A stretch of DNA of 63,622 nt, counting the filler, from Chiloscyllium plagiosum (lineage: Eukaryota), in NCBI RefSeq assembly GCF_004010195.1. It is 3 parts of one record of this genome, joined end to end, with 100 filler letters (N's around TTAATTAATTAA, not from the genome) between each part and the next. Parts side by side here need not be neighbours in the genome. Positions count along the whole stretch, not along the records: positions 1 to 28,990 come from NC_057714.1; 2 more parts are not named here. One strand, given 5' to 3'. The notes under the pieces were generated by a model. It searched no databases, had not been told where the DNA came from, and saw only the letters and a program-made list of their open reading frames with translations. A program made the translations under genes and the position numbers. The stretch's first letter is position 1, and each line of letters opens with the position of its first letter. Shown in pieces: positions 1-13,130 of the stretch.

Positions 1-195
1 ATCCCCACCTCTGACCCTACTAAAACATTTAAACCCTGGAACCTGCAACAGCCAATCCTGTCCCTGTTCTACCCATGTCTCCGTAATAGCCACAACATCG
101 AAATCCCAGGAACCAACCCACGCTGCAAGTTCACCTATCTTATTTCGTATACTTCTTGCATTGAAGTATACACACTTCAAGCCACTTTCCTGTTA
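1..195 (-). mobile_element. CR1/HER1-like LINE fragment (endonuclease region)
   Basis: Minus strand translates to ELAAWVGSWDFDVVAITETW, the CR1 AP-endonuclease TETW motif. Confidence 0.8.
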
Positions 196-1159
196 AAGTG
201 ACAGCCCACCATATTTACTACATACACAACATTTGTGAAAAGGAACACCTTGAGGGGCTTGGCCAGAACAGAATGGGATCTTCAACCCTTTTCTGGATGA
301 AGCTGAACAACCTGATGCACATTTGCAATAAGAAAGGATGTACAATTCCAACAGTTGGGAGGCCAATGAATGCCAGGCTGAGGGCTGACATCCATGTCCA
401 TGTCACGCTGCCTTTATGCTTCTGGTGCTATTATAAGCTGCCTCAGCAAGGCAGTAGCAGTCCCTAACATGGCTACCACCTGTCTTTGCCATTGGCAGCA
501 AGCAGACAATTGCATCTCCTTGGTGTCTCTAATTGCTAATATCCCATGACATGACTTTGCCAAGCTTGTTTCTTGGCCAATCAGCTCATTTCTTTTAAAA
601 ATAGCATTGCAAGAATGATGCAGTTCAGGCCATGCTGGGGATGGGGGTGGAGGTAGGTGGGATGGGGGCCTTAGCTGCTGGTGTCTGGGGAGAAGCAAGA
701 GTAACCAGGAATCATCAGCCCTGGTATAGTTTGTTGGATCAAAGTGTAACTCCAGCTGAAGGATTTAGATGATTTGATCAAATATAAAATTCAAGATGTT
801 AACGAGATCTTACAGGGCCAATATAGAGAAACTGTTTTCTCTGCTTGGGGATTTAGCACAAGGGAACACCACCTATAAATTAGAGTCAGATTTTTCAGGA
901 GTGGAATCAGGAAACACTTTAACATAAGGATTGTGTGCAACCATTTTAGAAAAAAAGGCCTTCCTTTTCATAAATCCAAGCCACAATCTTGCCCTAAGCT
1001 ACAAACTCCGACTATATACAGGGGAATCATGCAGATACACTTGGTAAGATCAGGTACACTTCCAGCAATGATCTACATGATCCTGAGTGAGGATTATAGC
1101 AGGAGAACACCACACTTTCAGCACTCCTGATACTAGTCAACCCATCAATCTCACTAACG

Positions 1160-1278
1160 TGGAGGTGCTCGTTTCAGACTGGGGTGGACAAAGTCAGAAG
1201 TCACATGACACCAGGTTATAGTCCAAAAGGTTTATTTGAAATCATCTGATGAAGGGGCAGTGTGCCGAAAGCTTGTGA
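1160..1278. mobile_element. PLE terminal-repeat fragment (variant B): inverted arm followed by a plus-strand hammerhead motif
   Basis: acaccaggttatagtccaa..ggtttattt shared with 29990-30186, 56540-56619 and 58674 onward. Confidence 0.7.
1242..1278 (+). ncRNA. Minimal hammerhead ribozyme motif (variant B)
   Basis: TCAT-CTGATGA-A-GGGGCAGTGTGCC-GAAA-GCTT-GTGA; stem I TCAT/GTGA (one G.U); palindromic AGCT helix III; stem II imperfect. Confidence 0.65.
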
Positions 1279-2839
1279 CACCAATCTGAATGACATGCTT
1301 CAATAGCACATAGAAGCTCTGCCCCTACTAGACCATCTCAGAATCTGAGCAAGCTAGCTTACAGCTGTTCTAGCAGAGACTGCAACATGGAACCTGATTT
1401 TTCTAGCAATTAACTTAGAGGCACAAAGGTCAACTATAGCTGCATTGTTGCTGCTCTGATTGAGAACAGTGAATGTGACACTGATCAGTGATTGAGTCCG
1501 GGTAATCATGCTGTTCTCCTGTCGCTTGCTGTAAGCCACGCTTTCACAAGGAAGTCAAATTTGACTAAAGTTTCTTTTTATTATTCTGTGTTTAAAAGCA
1601 CGTCAAGAACATTGATCATGTTTTATGAACCTTTATTTTTTTTACAAGGTTTGAGATACCTGCATGTTTAGTGAGAAGAGAATTTCAATTTGCGAGCAGG
1701 TTAGATTTTTGTTATAAAATTAAATGAAAAGGAACATGGCCTCTTTAAATATTTTATCTGGCAATGAATCTTCAGCTGGATGCTGATTCAAGACTATTTG
1801 AAATCTGTCAAAAATCTGAAATATTTCCAGATAGCCTCACATTCCTATGTGCAAATTTGTCTCCCAAGGTCATGATGAGAATTAGGAGCATGGTAAGTAG
1901 CATTACACAGTGAGTTAATATGCCAGTCATTACACAGAATTCCTAATCTGATTTCTATCAGTCTAGACAGTATAATTCTTGTGGCAAAATATAGGATCAC
2001 CAAAGTCGTCCTAAATGAATGTCAAGCTCATTTAATGTTCACTTTCTAGTATTCGTCTCATATCTGCCTTGATGTCTTTGGCTTACTGAAAGAGAGAAAT
2101 GATTAAATTTGCAATCGTTCAGACGGACTAATATACTGTCTTTCAGCAAACTGGATGGATGATGTTCAGGATAATTAGACTAATGATCACTGTATCCATT
2201 TTCCAGTAATGCTTCCACCTAAACCAGTCAGCTGATTCTTTCCGTGAATCTGTGTCATACTCCTGGAAAGACTGTAACAGATGGACTATTAAAGTAACTC
2301 ATTTTCACCTCTAGTTTTATGTCACCTTCTATATTCTATGAGTGGCTATTCCATCACTCTTAGATATAGCAATAATCTTGATGGTGTGGGGTTTCCTTAA
2401 TACTTTGTCTCCAGAGGATAGAAATCAATGAGATACGTGTATCTTAGCAACACGCACACTGATTCCACAGCTGAACGTGCTTTGCACCATTAATCACCCA
2501 ACAGCCAAATCAAAAGTAACCAGAGGAGTCCAATTTTCTCAGAAGATCTAATTCAATATGCATGCTCAAATGGGTCATAATCTAGTCATTTAGTGTCAAT
2601 TGAATAGCTGTTAATTTTTTTTGCCCATGATCCTGACAATGCCTGTGTGTCTACTGGGCAGACCTACCCTCCAGTGAGCATCTAGCGTGGACCTGATTGA
2701 TGGAGAAGGTGCATTACACCAAAGAGAAGGCATTTTTTCCCCCCCCTGAGACACATGTCAGCTTTTCATCTACATATCTAGAGATGGAAAGACATCTTCG
2801 TTGAATGAGCCACCTCTCAGGGTCTGCCAATCGAAGGGA

Positions 2840-3180
2840 GGCATAGAGGTAATGCCATTGGACCGATAATCTAGAGGATAATGCTATGGTGAGATAAGTT
2901 CAAATCCCACCATGGGCTATGGTGATATTTGAATTCAGCAATCATCTGAAATTAAAAAGCTAGTTGAATAGTGGTGCTATAATACCCATCTGGTTCACCA
3001 ATGTCCTTCAAGAAAGGAAATCTTCACCAAGTCTGGTTTCATGTGAATCCAGACCTCGGCAATGAAAGAGGCTCTCAGCAATTGTCTGAAATGCCCTGGC
3101 ATGGTATTCAACTCAGGGGGCAATTAGGGATGGGCAATAATTGCTAGCTCAGTCATCACACCCACTTCTCATGGAGGAAT
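2840..3180 (+). mobile_element. Decayed tRNA-derived SINE (non-HE1 family)
   Basis: B-box-like GTTCAAATCCC; tail caattagggatgggcaataa also seen at 20405-20470. Confidence 0.55.
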
Positions 3181-3327
3181 AGTTTTGTGGAGAGACTGGG
3201 GAAGTTGGGTTTCTCAGATTCAAGTAGATGAAAAGGAAATTTGACAGTGGTTTTTGTAGGCTTGAATGGCTTTGAAGAAGCAATTTCTACCGACAAATAT
3301 ATTGAGAACCAGAGAGCACAGGAGGCA

Positions 3328-3605
3328 AAGCGCTGCTGCCTCACAACACCAGGGACTCAGATTTGATTCCACCCTCAGGCGACTGTCTGTCTATGTGGAG
3401 TTTGTGCATTCTCCCCGTGTCTGCATGGGTTTCCTCCGGTTTCCTCCCATAGTCCAAAGATGTGCAGGTTAGGTGGATTGGCCATGGGAAATGCAGGGTT
3501 ACTGGGTTTGGGTAGAGGGATGCATCTGGGTGGGATGCTCTTTGGAAGGTCAGTGCGGACTAGATGGGCCAAATGGCCTGCTTCCATGTTGTAGAGATTC
3601 TGTGA
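3328..3605 (+). mobile_element. HE1-type V-SINE, decayed
   Basis: V-domain tgtggagtttgtgcattctccccgtgtctgcatgggtttcctccgg; similar to 32404-32714. Confidence 0.85.
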
Positions 3606-5724
3606 CTTAAGGTCATTTTGCAAAAAAAACACAGGCGAATGAGATGGCAGTTTTTTGTTCAGCGAGTTGTCATAATGTGGGATGAACTTCCTGAAAGTTT
3701 CATTGGGCAGATTCCAAAGAGAAATGGATAAATAATTAAAGGTGAAAAACATGCAGTACTATTAGGAAAAAAAGACAGGGGAGTAGGATGAATTGGTTAG
3801 CTCTACTACAGCCATGATGGTTTGAATGGCTTGGGCTCGTTTTCATCTGGGTGCTAGGCAACATCTGGAGAAAATTGGCTGACGGATAGAATGACTTAAG
3901 TTTCTTTCAATTAATGGATAGTCAGTCTGATGGATCAAGCATGCCAGCCTCTTGTTGTATTTTCTTTCTGCATTCATACAAGTCATGTTTGACACCCAGT
4001 TGGAAAGATGGTATACTCCTTCATGTTGTCTTTGTGGACAGGATTGGCAGGCCAGTGTTACAGTCAAAAACAAGTTTCTTTGTTCAGAGGTTTAATATAT
4101 AGGCCCCTGAGGAGGCTAGGTCAAAGCTCACACAGCCCACACAGAAACGTTGAGCAGAGAAAATAAATTCAGATTAAAATTAAAATTGGCTATCTAAATA
4201 ACATTATGATTTTGAGCAACCATTAAAGTAAATACTGGCAACACACTATAAAATGGCAGTTTTACAAAACTGTGTGTTTTGTAATGTGTACTAGGAGTTC
4301 AAACTCAATCTCAAAAGCAAAAACAAATCTCAGAATCAAATGAAAATTTTTATTTTTAAAAAGTGCAACAATTTATAATAGTGTAACTTAGTGTATATGA
4401 TACGAGAAAGGAGATGTCATGTTCGGCCTGAAGCCTTTCTCAAGCCAAATGTGAGGTGCCAAAAGGACAAGAATTCTTAAAGAAATTCTGGCAAAATATT
4501 ACTTGACTTGAAGGAAGGGAAACAATAAAATTGCTGTAAAATATTGGGAACAAGCCATGCTTGAATGCTGGGGCCCTACTGCAAGGGAAGAAATGCACAG
4601 TGAGACCAATCTTAACAATTAAAAGGGAAAGAATTATAGTTGAATCCCTGAGACAGAATTATGCCTCTGAGGGAAGAAATCATGTGGAACAGCTAGAAGG
4701 GTAAGTTGAATGAGTGGTGTTTGATTTATTCAACTTTCGATGTGTTATGCAATGGGTATTATTTATCCACACATGTACTTGGACCTAATCCAGATAACAA
4801 GTTGACTGCTGAAACATGAGATATTTGATATATTAGTTTATGAGGTTCGCTGAACGGTAGCTTTGAATAACAATTAACATTTTGACTGGCTGGTTTTTCC
4901 ATGCTGGTTTGTTCCTGACGAAGCTGTAAACAGGAATGACTTGTAGTCACTTTTGCATTTAATCAGTGGGATATAATCAATAACATTAGCTGTTTGAAAT
5001 TATTAGTTTCAGCCATTTTCCCTTTTCTGCATGTTGAGGCTAAACACATATTTCAAAGGTGGCTTCTATTTTGAGGGTGATCTCCACTTTGACGTGTGGG
5101 ATACATTTTGAGATATGATGGATGACACCGATGTACGAAGATGTAAACTGATGCCATATGGGGTTGATAGATTAGTGCTGGTCTAATGGCAATGAAGAAC
5201 AGATACAGTGTGCATTAAAGTTAGTTGGCTTTGTGTTGCAATGTAAGTTGCATCTTTAAAAGTTAGTGCTTGGAGTACGCTGCATAGTGGGAGGGCTACA
5301 GGCAGCTGACATAATTTCATGAGCATTACCTCTTACAAGGCTACTGAAAATATAAAAGAGGGAGAAATAGTGGCAGCGTTCCTGCAAGATGTGACCAAGG
5401 TCAACCATTCTCCACATGTCTAATGCAGCAATGTGTGTTGACAGCTGATCTGCAGTGAGTTGGCTAAAAGTAGTTGGTGTGAAATGTTATTGGTTACAAA
5501 GGTAAATTTGAGGACAATGGAGTTGATGTTTTATTTGGCTTTGAGTTATAAACACACGTGGAAATGGTTGTAATTTGGCAGTGCCATATTGTTAACTGAA
5601 AGAGCCTTCTGTTATAGTTTAGCTTATCACTCTAAATGATTACTTATATAGTTAAGTCCATTGGATTTTAACCAGGATCACCTTTTGCGAGTAGTTGATT
5701 TTGCATGTCTTCTACAGTTAGATA

Positions 5725-6480
5725 ATAAGACTATATGACCATAACAAGATATAGGAGTAGAATGAGGCCGTTCAGTCTATCGAATTTGCTTTGCCATTTG
5801 ATCATGCCTGAACCTTTGAACCTCTAAGTAATCAAGAATCTATCAATTTTTTTCTTAAATGCACTCAACGACTTGGCCTCCACAACCTTCTGCGGCAATG
5901 AGTTCCATAGATTCCCAGACCTTTGGTTGAAGAAATTCCTCCTCATCTCAGTTCTGAAGGGTCGTCCTTCGCTCTGAGACTGTACCCTCGAATCCTAATC
6001 TCTGCTATAAGTGAAAATATCTTCGCCACATCCACTCTATCCAGGCCTTGCAGAATTCTGTAAGTTGCAATCAGATGTCCCTCATCCTTCTAAACTCCCA
6101 GAGTCCTCAACCACTCCTCATATGACAAGCCTTCATCCCTGGGATCATTCTTGTAAACTTCCTCTGGAACCCCCATCAATACCAGCACATCTTTCCTTAG
6201 TTACGGGCCTAGAGCTGTTTATAATATCCCAGATGCAATCTGACCAGAGCATTATACAGCTTCTGCAGTATATCTCTGCTCTTGTATTCTAACTCTCTTG
6301 AAATTAATGCTCACATTATATTTGTTTTCCCACTGTCAACTGAACCTACATGTTAACTTTAAAAGAATCCTGAACTAGGACTCCAAGGTCCCTTTGCGCT
6401 TCAGATTTCCAAAACCTTTGTCCATTTAGGAAATAGTCTGTGCCTCTATTCTTCTGACAAAAATGCTTAACTTCATATCT
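5725..6480 (-). mobile_element. CR1 LINE 3' portion
   Basis: Reverse complement of the CR1 ORF2 C-terminus and 3' UTR (compare 24300-24784). Confidence 0.8.
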
Positions 6481-6519
6481 TCCTACTAAGTTGCAATATC
6501 TCTGGTGGTTAATGAAAAG

Positions 6520-7770
6520 TCAGGGAATTTAGGGACCAGTGAGCCTGTCATCAGTGTTGGGCAAGTTGTTGGAGGGGACCTTAAAGAATAGGATTTACTT
6601 GTAGTTAGAAAAGCAGACTGATGAGGGATAGTCAACATGGCTTTGTGCGTGGGAAATCATATCTTACTACTTTGATTAAGTTTTTGAAAAATTAATGAAG
6701 AGGATTGATGAGGGTAGAGCGTGGTCTATAAGGACTTCAATAAGATGTTTGACAAATTTCCACATGATAGATTGATTAGCAAGGTTAGATCACATAGAAT
6801 AGAGGGAGAACTAGCCATTTGGATACAGAACTGGCTCAAAGATAAGAGACAGAGGGTGGTGGTGGAAGGTTGGACTGGAGACTGGAGGCCTGCGACCAGT
6901 GGTATGCCGCAAGGAATGGTGTTGGGTTTGCTGCTTTTCATCATTTGTATAAAGATTTGGATGTGAACATGGGAGGTATAGTTAGTACGTTTGCAGATGA
7001 CACCAAAATTGGAAGTGCAGTGGAAAGAGAAGGTTATCTCAGTGTACAATGGGCTGAGGAGTGACAGATGGAGTCTAATATAGATAAATGTGAGGTGCTG
7101 CATTTTGGAAAGACAAATGAGGGCAGGACTTATACACTTAATGGTAAGATCCTGGGGAGTGTTGTTGAACAAAGAGGCCTTGGAGTGTAGGTTTATAGTT
7201 CCTTAAAAGTGGAATCGCAGGTATATAGGATAGTGAAGAAGGCATTTAGTATGCTTTCCTTTACTGGTCAGTGCTGAAAATGTGTTGCTGGAAAAGCGCA
7301 GCAGGTCAGGCAGCATCCAAGGAACAGGAGAATCGACATTTCGGGCATAAGCCCTTCTTCAGGAATGAGGAAAGCTGAGGGGTGACTGTATAGAAGTTTA
7401 TAAAATCATGAGGGGAATGAATAGGGTGAGTGAGTAAGTTCTTTTTCCCAGGGTGAGGGAGTCAAAAACAAGATGACACAGGTTTAGGGTGAGAGGGGCA
7501 AGATTTAAAAGTGAGTTAAGGGGCAACTTTTTCACACAGAGGATGGTATGTGTGTGGAATGAGTTGCCAGAGGAAGTGGTAGAGGCTAGTACAATTACAG
7601 CATTTAAAAGACAACTGAATGGGTATATGAATAGGAAGGCTTTAGAGGGATGGGGGCCAAGTGCTGGCAAATGAGTTTAGATTAATTTAGGATGTTTGGT
7701 CAACATGGACGTGTTGGATAAAAGAGTCTGTTTCCATGCTGTATAGCTCTATGACTCCATGATCTTATGA
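6520..7770 (+). mobile_element. CR1 LINE RT and 3' end, interrupted by an inverted pLTR at about 7273-7372
   Basis: Peptides FDKFPH, WIQNWLKDKRQRVVV, FADDTKIG, FFTQRMV..WNELPEEVV; ctatgact tail. Confidence 0.9.
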
Positions 7771-7919
7771 TTCTAACAACAATGATAAACAGGTACTATA
7801 TGTATCATGCAGTAAAGTTAGTTGGCCTTATGTTACAATGCAAGTCGAGCATTGCATGTATAAAAGTTACTGTTTGGATTAAGTTGCATACTGGAAGGGC
7901 TGCAGGCAGCAGACAGACT

Positions 7920-9788
7920 TTCCTGCCCATCCACAGCCTCCAACCTCATTGTCCGTGAACCCCGCACCACCCTATTTTACCTCCAACCAAAGATTCACAA
8001 ACCTGACTGCCCCGGTCAACCCATTGTCTAAGCCTGCTCCTGTCCCACTGAACTCATCTCTTCCTACCTCAACATTGTTCTGTCCCCCTTAGCCCAGGAA
8101 TTCTCTATCTATGTTCGTGACACCACCGACACCCTTCACCTCCTCCAAGATTTTCGTTTCCCTGGCCCCCAACACCTCATCTTCACCATGGACATCCAGT
8201 CCCTGTACACATCCATCTGCCATGACGAAGGTCTCCAAGCCCTCCGTTTCTTCCTCTCACACGGTCCTAACCAGTACTCTTCCACCGACCCCCTCATCTG
8301 CCTGGCTGAACTGGTCCCCACCCTCAACAACTTCTCCTTCCAATCCTCTGACTTCCTCCAAACCAAAGGGGTAGCCAAGGGCACCCGCATAGGACCCAGC
8401 TATATCTGCCTGTTTGCCGAATATCTTGAACAGTCCATCTTCCGCAATTACATCGGCACCAACCCCCACCTATTCCTCCGCTACATCGATGACTGTTTCA
8501 GGGCCGCCGCATGCTCCCACAAGGAGGTTGAACAGTTCATTAACTTTACCAACACCTTCCACCTCGACCTCAAGTTCACCTGGACCATCTCGGAAACTTC
8601 CCTCCCCTTCCTGGACCTCTCCATTACCGTTTCTGGTGACCGACTAACAACGGACATATGCTACATGCCCACCGACATTTCCTCCTCTGACCCTACCTCC
8701 TGTAAAAATGCCACCCCTTATTCCTAATTCCTTCACCTCCCCTGCATCTGTTCCCAGGATGACCAATTCCACCTCAGAAAGTCCCAAATGGCCTCCTTCT
8801 TCCACGATCACAAATTCCCTTCCCACGTGGTTGACAATGCCCTCCAGCATATCTTCTCCACTTCACACACCACCCCCCTTGAACTCTACCTCTCCGAATT
8901 CAACAAGGACAGAAACCCCTGGTCTTCACCTTCCATCCCACCAACCTCCGCATGCAACATATCATCCTCCACCACTTCTACCACTAGAGATATATTTTCC
9001 TCCCCACCCCTATCAGCGTTCCAAAAAGACCATTCCCTCCACGACTCCCTTGTCAGGTCCACATCCCCCACCACCCCACACCCTACTCCTGGCACCTTTC
9101 CCTGCCACTACAGGAAGTGCAAAACCTGTGTGCACACCTCTCCCGTCCAAAGCCCCAAGGGATCCTTCCATATCTACCAAAAATGTACCTGTACCTCTAC
9201 CAATGAATTCTACTGCATCTGTTGCACTCGGTGTGGTCTCCTCTACATTGGGGAGACAGGATGTGTTCTGGCCGATCGTTTCAGAGAACATCTCTGGGAT
9301 ACCCGCACCCACCAATCCTGCTGCCCCATGGCTGAACACTTCAATTCCCCCTCCCACTCCATCAAGGACATACAGGGCCTGGGCCTCCTCCACCACCAAA
9401 CCATTAACACTCAACACCTGGAGGAGGAATGCCTCATATTCCGCCTTGGGACCCTGCAATCGCATGGGATAAATGTGGATTTCAACAGCTTCCACATTAT
9501 CCCAGTCACAAGCCTCCAACTCGGCACCGCCTTCTGGATGTGTCCATCACCACCCCCCCCCCCCACCCCCGACCCATCACCTTCTCCCTCACCTTCATCC
9601 ACCTAGCACTTTCTCAACCCCAACCCACCCCTCTCCCATTTATCTGTCAGCCCCGATCCACAAGCCTCATTCCTGATGCCCAAAACATCGATTCTCCTGT
9701 TCCTTGAATGCTGCCTGATCTGCTGTGCTTTTCCAGCACTACACTCTCAACTCTGAGATCCAGCATCTGCAGTCCTCACTTTCTCCTG
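7920..9788 (+). mobile_element. Penelope-like retroelement (Neptune-type), disrupted RT plus GIY-YIG endonuclease and 3' pLTR
   Basis: ORF 8188-8727: MDIQSLYTSI, QTKGVAKG, LRYIDD, LPFLDL. ORF 8788-9606: Cys linker PCHYRKCKTC, YCICCTRCGLLYIGETG, RFREH, GIN. pLTR about 9665-9788 with the ribozyme core deleted. Confidence 0.92.
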
Positions 9789-10319
9789 GACAGTTTTGTA
9801 TAAATACAAAAGGGCTACAAAACGTTTGGCAATATTTTCTTGTCTCTGCTGTTGAAGGCCATCAATAGCACACCCACAGTGTGTGTCATTTCGCTTACAC
9901 CTGACATATTTGGAAACGTCTGAAGTGTAAACATACTGAATCAGTGAATAGTACATTGTTCAACAGCAGCTCCACCCAGCTCTCACAGCCTGAATGCCAG
10001 ATGGATTCACTGTAAAACCAACAGAACATTGCAACTTACAAAAAGACTATCGATGGAAGGGGCCAATGGGACTGCATTTAGACCACCACTAACCTTTTGG
10101 GAAGATTTAATAATGCTTGAGAGAATAAAGCCTGTGTCACTCACTTCATGCAGTTTTATGCCAGAGGTTGGAGAGTTTGGCTATATCTTCCATTGCAGAA
10201 AGTTCAAAGTTGCTGTCACCTTGCAAACCTCTGCAGCTGAAGTAACTTTCAAGTCTGCCTGCCAGAGTGTGTAGACATCGGTGATATTTGCGGTCTAATT
10301 GATACTCTGCTTCTTCGAG

Positions 10320-10745
10320 CCTCACTCACCTTTGCTGGGCCACATTGGGCAGCATGTTGTACATGACCGCCATACTCCACACCCTGCTGGTTGGCAATTT
10401 TGCATTATAGTACACCACCATAGCAACCCAGGCAGTGAAAGCAGATCCTTTGCCAGGCCAGATGAAAAACAGTGAGCAGATAGCACTCATTGTGACATTG
10501 CTGGGGATCCACGTGAGGTATTTGTGGGGCTGTGAGGGTCTCTTCAGAGGGTAACCCTTATTGCCCAGAATCCAACTATGTAGTCGGTGGGGGGTTTGGA
10601 TGAAAGACTGCCGAAACTCTGACTGGTATAGTGTGAATGAGTCACGGTAACTGCCAGGAAAGCATGAACTGACATAGTTTTTGTGAGACACCATTGAATA
10701 GGTTCCTATTTCTGTCTTTTTTCAGCCATATTAGTAGGTGCCCTG
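10320..10745 (-). mobile_element. PIF/Harbinger DDE transposase relic
   Basis: Peptides FPGSYRDSFTLYQS, WILGNKGYPLK and LPNVAQQR resemble HARBI1-family PGSxHD, LLGDxGYPL and LHN motifs; frameshifted. Confidence 0.75.
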
Positions 10746-10919
10746 ATGGCCTCAAGACCTGTCAATAACGGGAAGAACTTAGAGGAATCTGGAGAAGGGG
10801 TCAAATCCTATTGTCCAGCAAACTACAAGATACCACAGATACCTGCAGCTGAGCCCTGGAATGATCCCTATGCAAAGAAATTCAAGGTCACTGTCAACGT
10901 CAGTGAAATCGAATGTTTC

Positions 10920-11230
10920 CCCATGTCGGAGAGACTAGACTAGGGGACACAGTCTAAGAATAAGGTATCTCTCTTCTGAGGCAGTGATTTCTATGGTGGT
11001 AGCAACATTTTTTTTCTCTCAGAAGGTGTTGATCTGTGGAATGTTCTTCCCAGAGAGCAATGCAGGCAAAGTCACTTGATATTTTTAAGACTGAGTTGGC
11101 TCAATTGACAAAGGAGTCCAAGGTTGTAGAGGGTAGACAACAAAGCAGAAGCCACAGTTGGATCAGCCATGCTATTAACAAACAGCAGAGCAAGATTCAG
11201 GGACCAGATATTCTACTCTTGTTCCTCATA
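10920..11230 (+). mobile_element. Old CR1 3' end
   Basis: actaggggacacagtctaagaataagg and ttctctcagaagg..tgtggaat, typical CR1 C-terminal sequence. Confidence 0.65.
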
Positions 11231-11489
11231 CGTGTGTTCACAAGTTTGTATGACGGGCCTCCAGAGCCATTCATAACTCAATTGCCCAGGGATTATTATT
11301 CAGGCTTCAAAAATGCTGACACAACAATTACATTTCCAGAATTGGATTACTTCAAAATCATGCCATCAATTTATAAAGCAGTATGAATGGTGTTCATGTT
11401 CCATCCCCTATCCCACTCTCTGAAAATGGCCAGAAGTTATACCTTTTGCTGTTGTCACTCAGTGGTCATATTTTCTTATCCTAACAGCA

Positions 11490-11840
11490 TGTGGTCCTCC
11501 TCACAACCAGTCTTCATATCTATCTTTGCATTGTCAACAAACTTGGCTACAAGATAGTAACTGCTTCATCCAAGTAGTTAATATTGATTGTGAATAGTTG
11601 AGGTCCCAGCACTAATCTTTGTCACACTGACCTAGTTAGTTTGTCATCCTGAAAAAAGCCCATTATTCCTATTACCTGTTCTATGTTATTTAGCAAATCC
11701 TCAATCCATCAGCTCAAACATAAGCTATTATCTTGTCCAATAATATTTTAAGTGTCACCTTATTAAATGCCTTTTGGAATTCTAAATACATAGCATCTGC
11801 TGGTTCCCCACGATTCACCCTGCCTGTTACATGCTCAAGA
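11490..11840 (-). mobile_element. Old CR1 RT fragment
   Basis: Peptide GEPADAMYLEFQKAFNKV (CR1 YLDFxKAFDKV motif). Confidence 0.75.
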
Positions 11841-12369
11841 AAGTAATGAATTTGCCAATCAGAAAACAGGAATTTGCAAGGTTGAATTGTTAATATCATG
11901 TGCCACATGGAATTATTTCATTTGTAAATATGGTTTTGGAATGAAAACTTTTCTCTCTCTCTGTACATACCATGTCATGGAGCTGCTAGTCAGTCAGGCT
12001 AACTGCATTTCGAATGGGACTTCCTTTCTGATAGGGGGTGATGTCATAGAGATCTACAGCACAGAGTTAGGTCCTTCAGCTCAACATATCCGCAATGAAA
12101 AAACAAGCAGCTAACCATTATAATCTCATTTTACTTCATCAGCCTATGGCCTTGTATGAAATCTTGCCATCACAAATGCACATCCAATTACTTCTTAAAT
12201 GTTGTGGGGGGGGTTCTGCCTTTACCGCCCTTATAAGCAGTAAGCTCCAGATACCCATCACCCTCTGGGTGAAAATATATTTCCTCACCTCCTCACCTGA
12301 TGTTCAATTCTAATTTACTTAAGGCCTGTTCCAGCATTGCATCACAGGTTGTGAATTTGTTGATTAATG

Positions 12370-12660
12370 TTTAGGGTCGTGAGTGTGGATAATCCATCCA
12401 CTTGCAAAATCCACCCCAGGGCTTTGAGAATAGAAATCAGAAAATCTGACATTCCAGTGCAGTACTGAAGGGGAGCTACAGTGTCAGAGATGCTTTCAAA
12501 TACTTAAACTGAGTTAAACTGAGACCCTATCTACTCAGTCAGGTGAATGTTAAATATTCCATGCTGCTACTTTAAAGATGAGTGGGAGAGATATCCCACT
12601 TACACTGGCCAACATTTATTTCTTAGCAAGCATACAAACTCAGATTACATGTCCATTGTT
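12370..12660 (+). mobile_element. Deu-domain SINE relic (SacSINE1/AmnSINE1-like)
   Basis: ctgacattccagtgcagtactgaaggg, gttaaactgag, caggtgaatgttaaa and ctggccaacatttat resemble the Deu domain as I recall it. Confidence 0.65.
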
Positions 12661-12998
12661 CAAAGTTCATATGTCAGATGACTTCACTCGCAACTGTGCC
12701 CAAAATGTCCTGGGAAATTCAATCATATGGATGCCCAATCAGATAGAAGTCACCTCTCACAATCCCTATTGGTAAAATCAATTTATTAGGTGAGAATTGC
12801 TGTTCCAATCAGAGTTTTTTTTTCCAATACTTGCTACTTGCAACAATCAATAGGAACCTAAACTGTTGCAGTGAGGGAAATGCAGTGGGTTGGACATTTT
12901 CTAGTCCATGGTCAGAGTTTTATAGGGTTATAGGACTTTGTTGAGGTTGATGGGGATACCATTCGCTGAGGCTGGGGTGGATACCTTTTGCCAGAGCT

Positions 12999-13130
12999 AT
13001 TTCCTGATGAAGAGCCTTTGCCCAAAACATCGATTCTCCTGCTCCTCGGATGTTCCGTGACCTACTGTGCTTTTCCAGCAGCATACTCTCAACTTTAATC
13101 TCTCCAGCATCTGCAGTCCTCACTTTCGCC
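12999..13130 (+). mobile_element. Solo PLE pLTR (variant A) with a mutated hammerhead
   Basis: ttcCTGATGAagagcctttgcccAAAAcatcgatt followed by the pLTR body ending ccagcatctgcagtcctcactttc. Confidence 0.85.

Noticed and set aside
8708..9707. Multiple overlapping Pro/Ser-rich ORFs
   Set aside because: Alternative frames of the C-rich Penelope-like element
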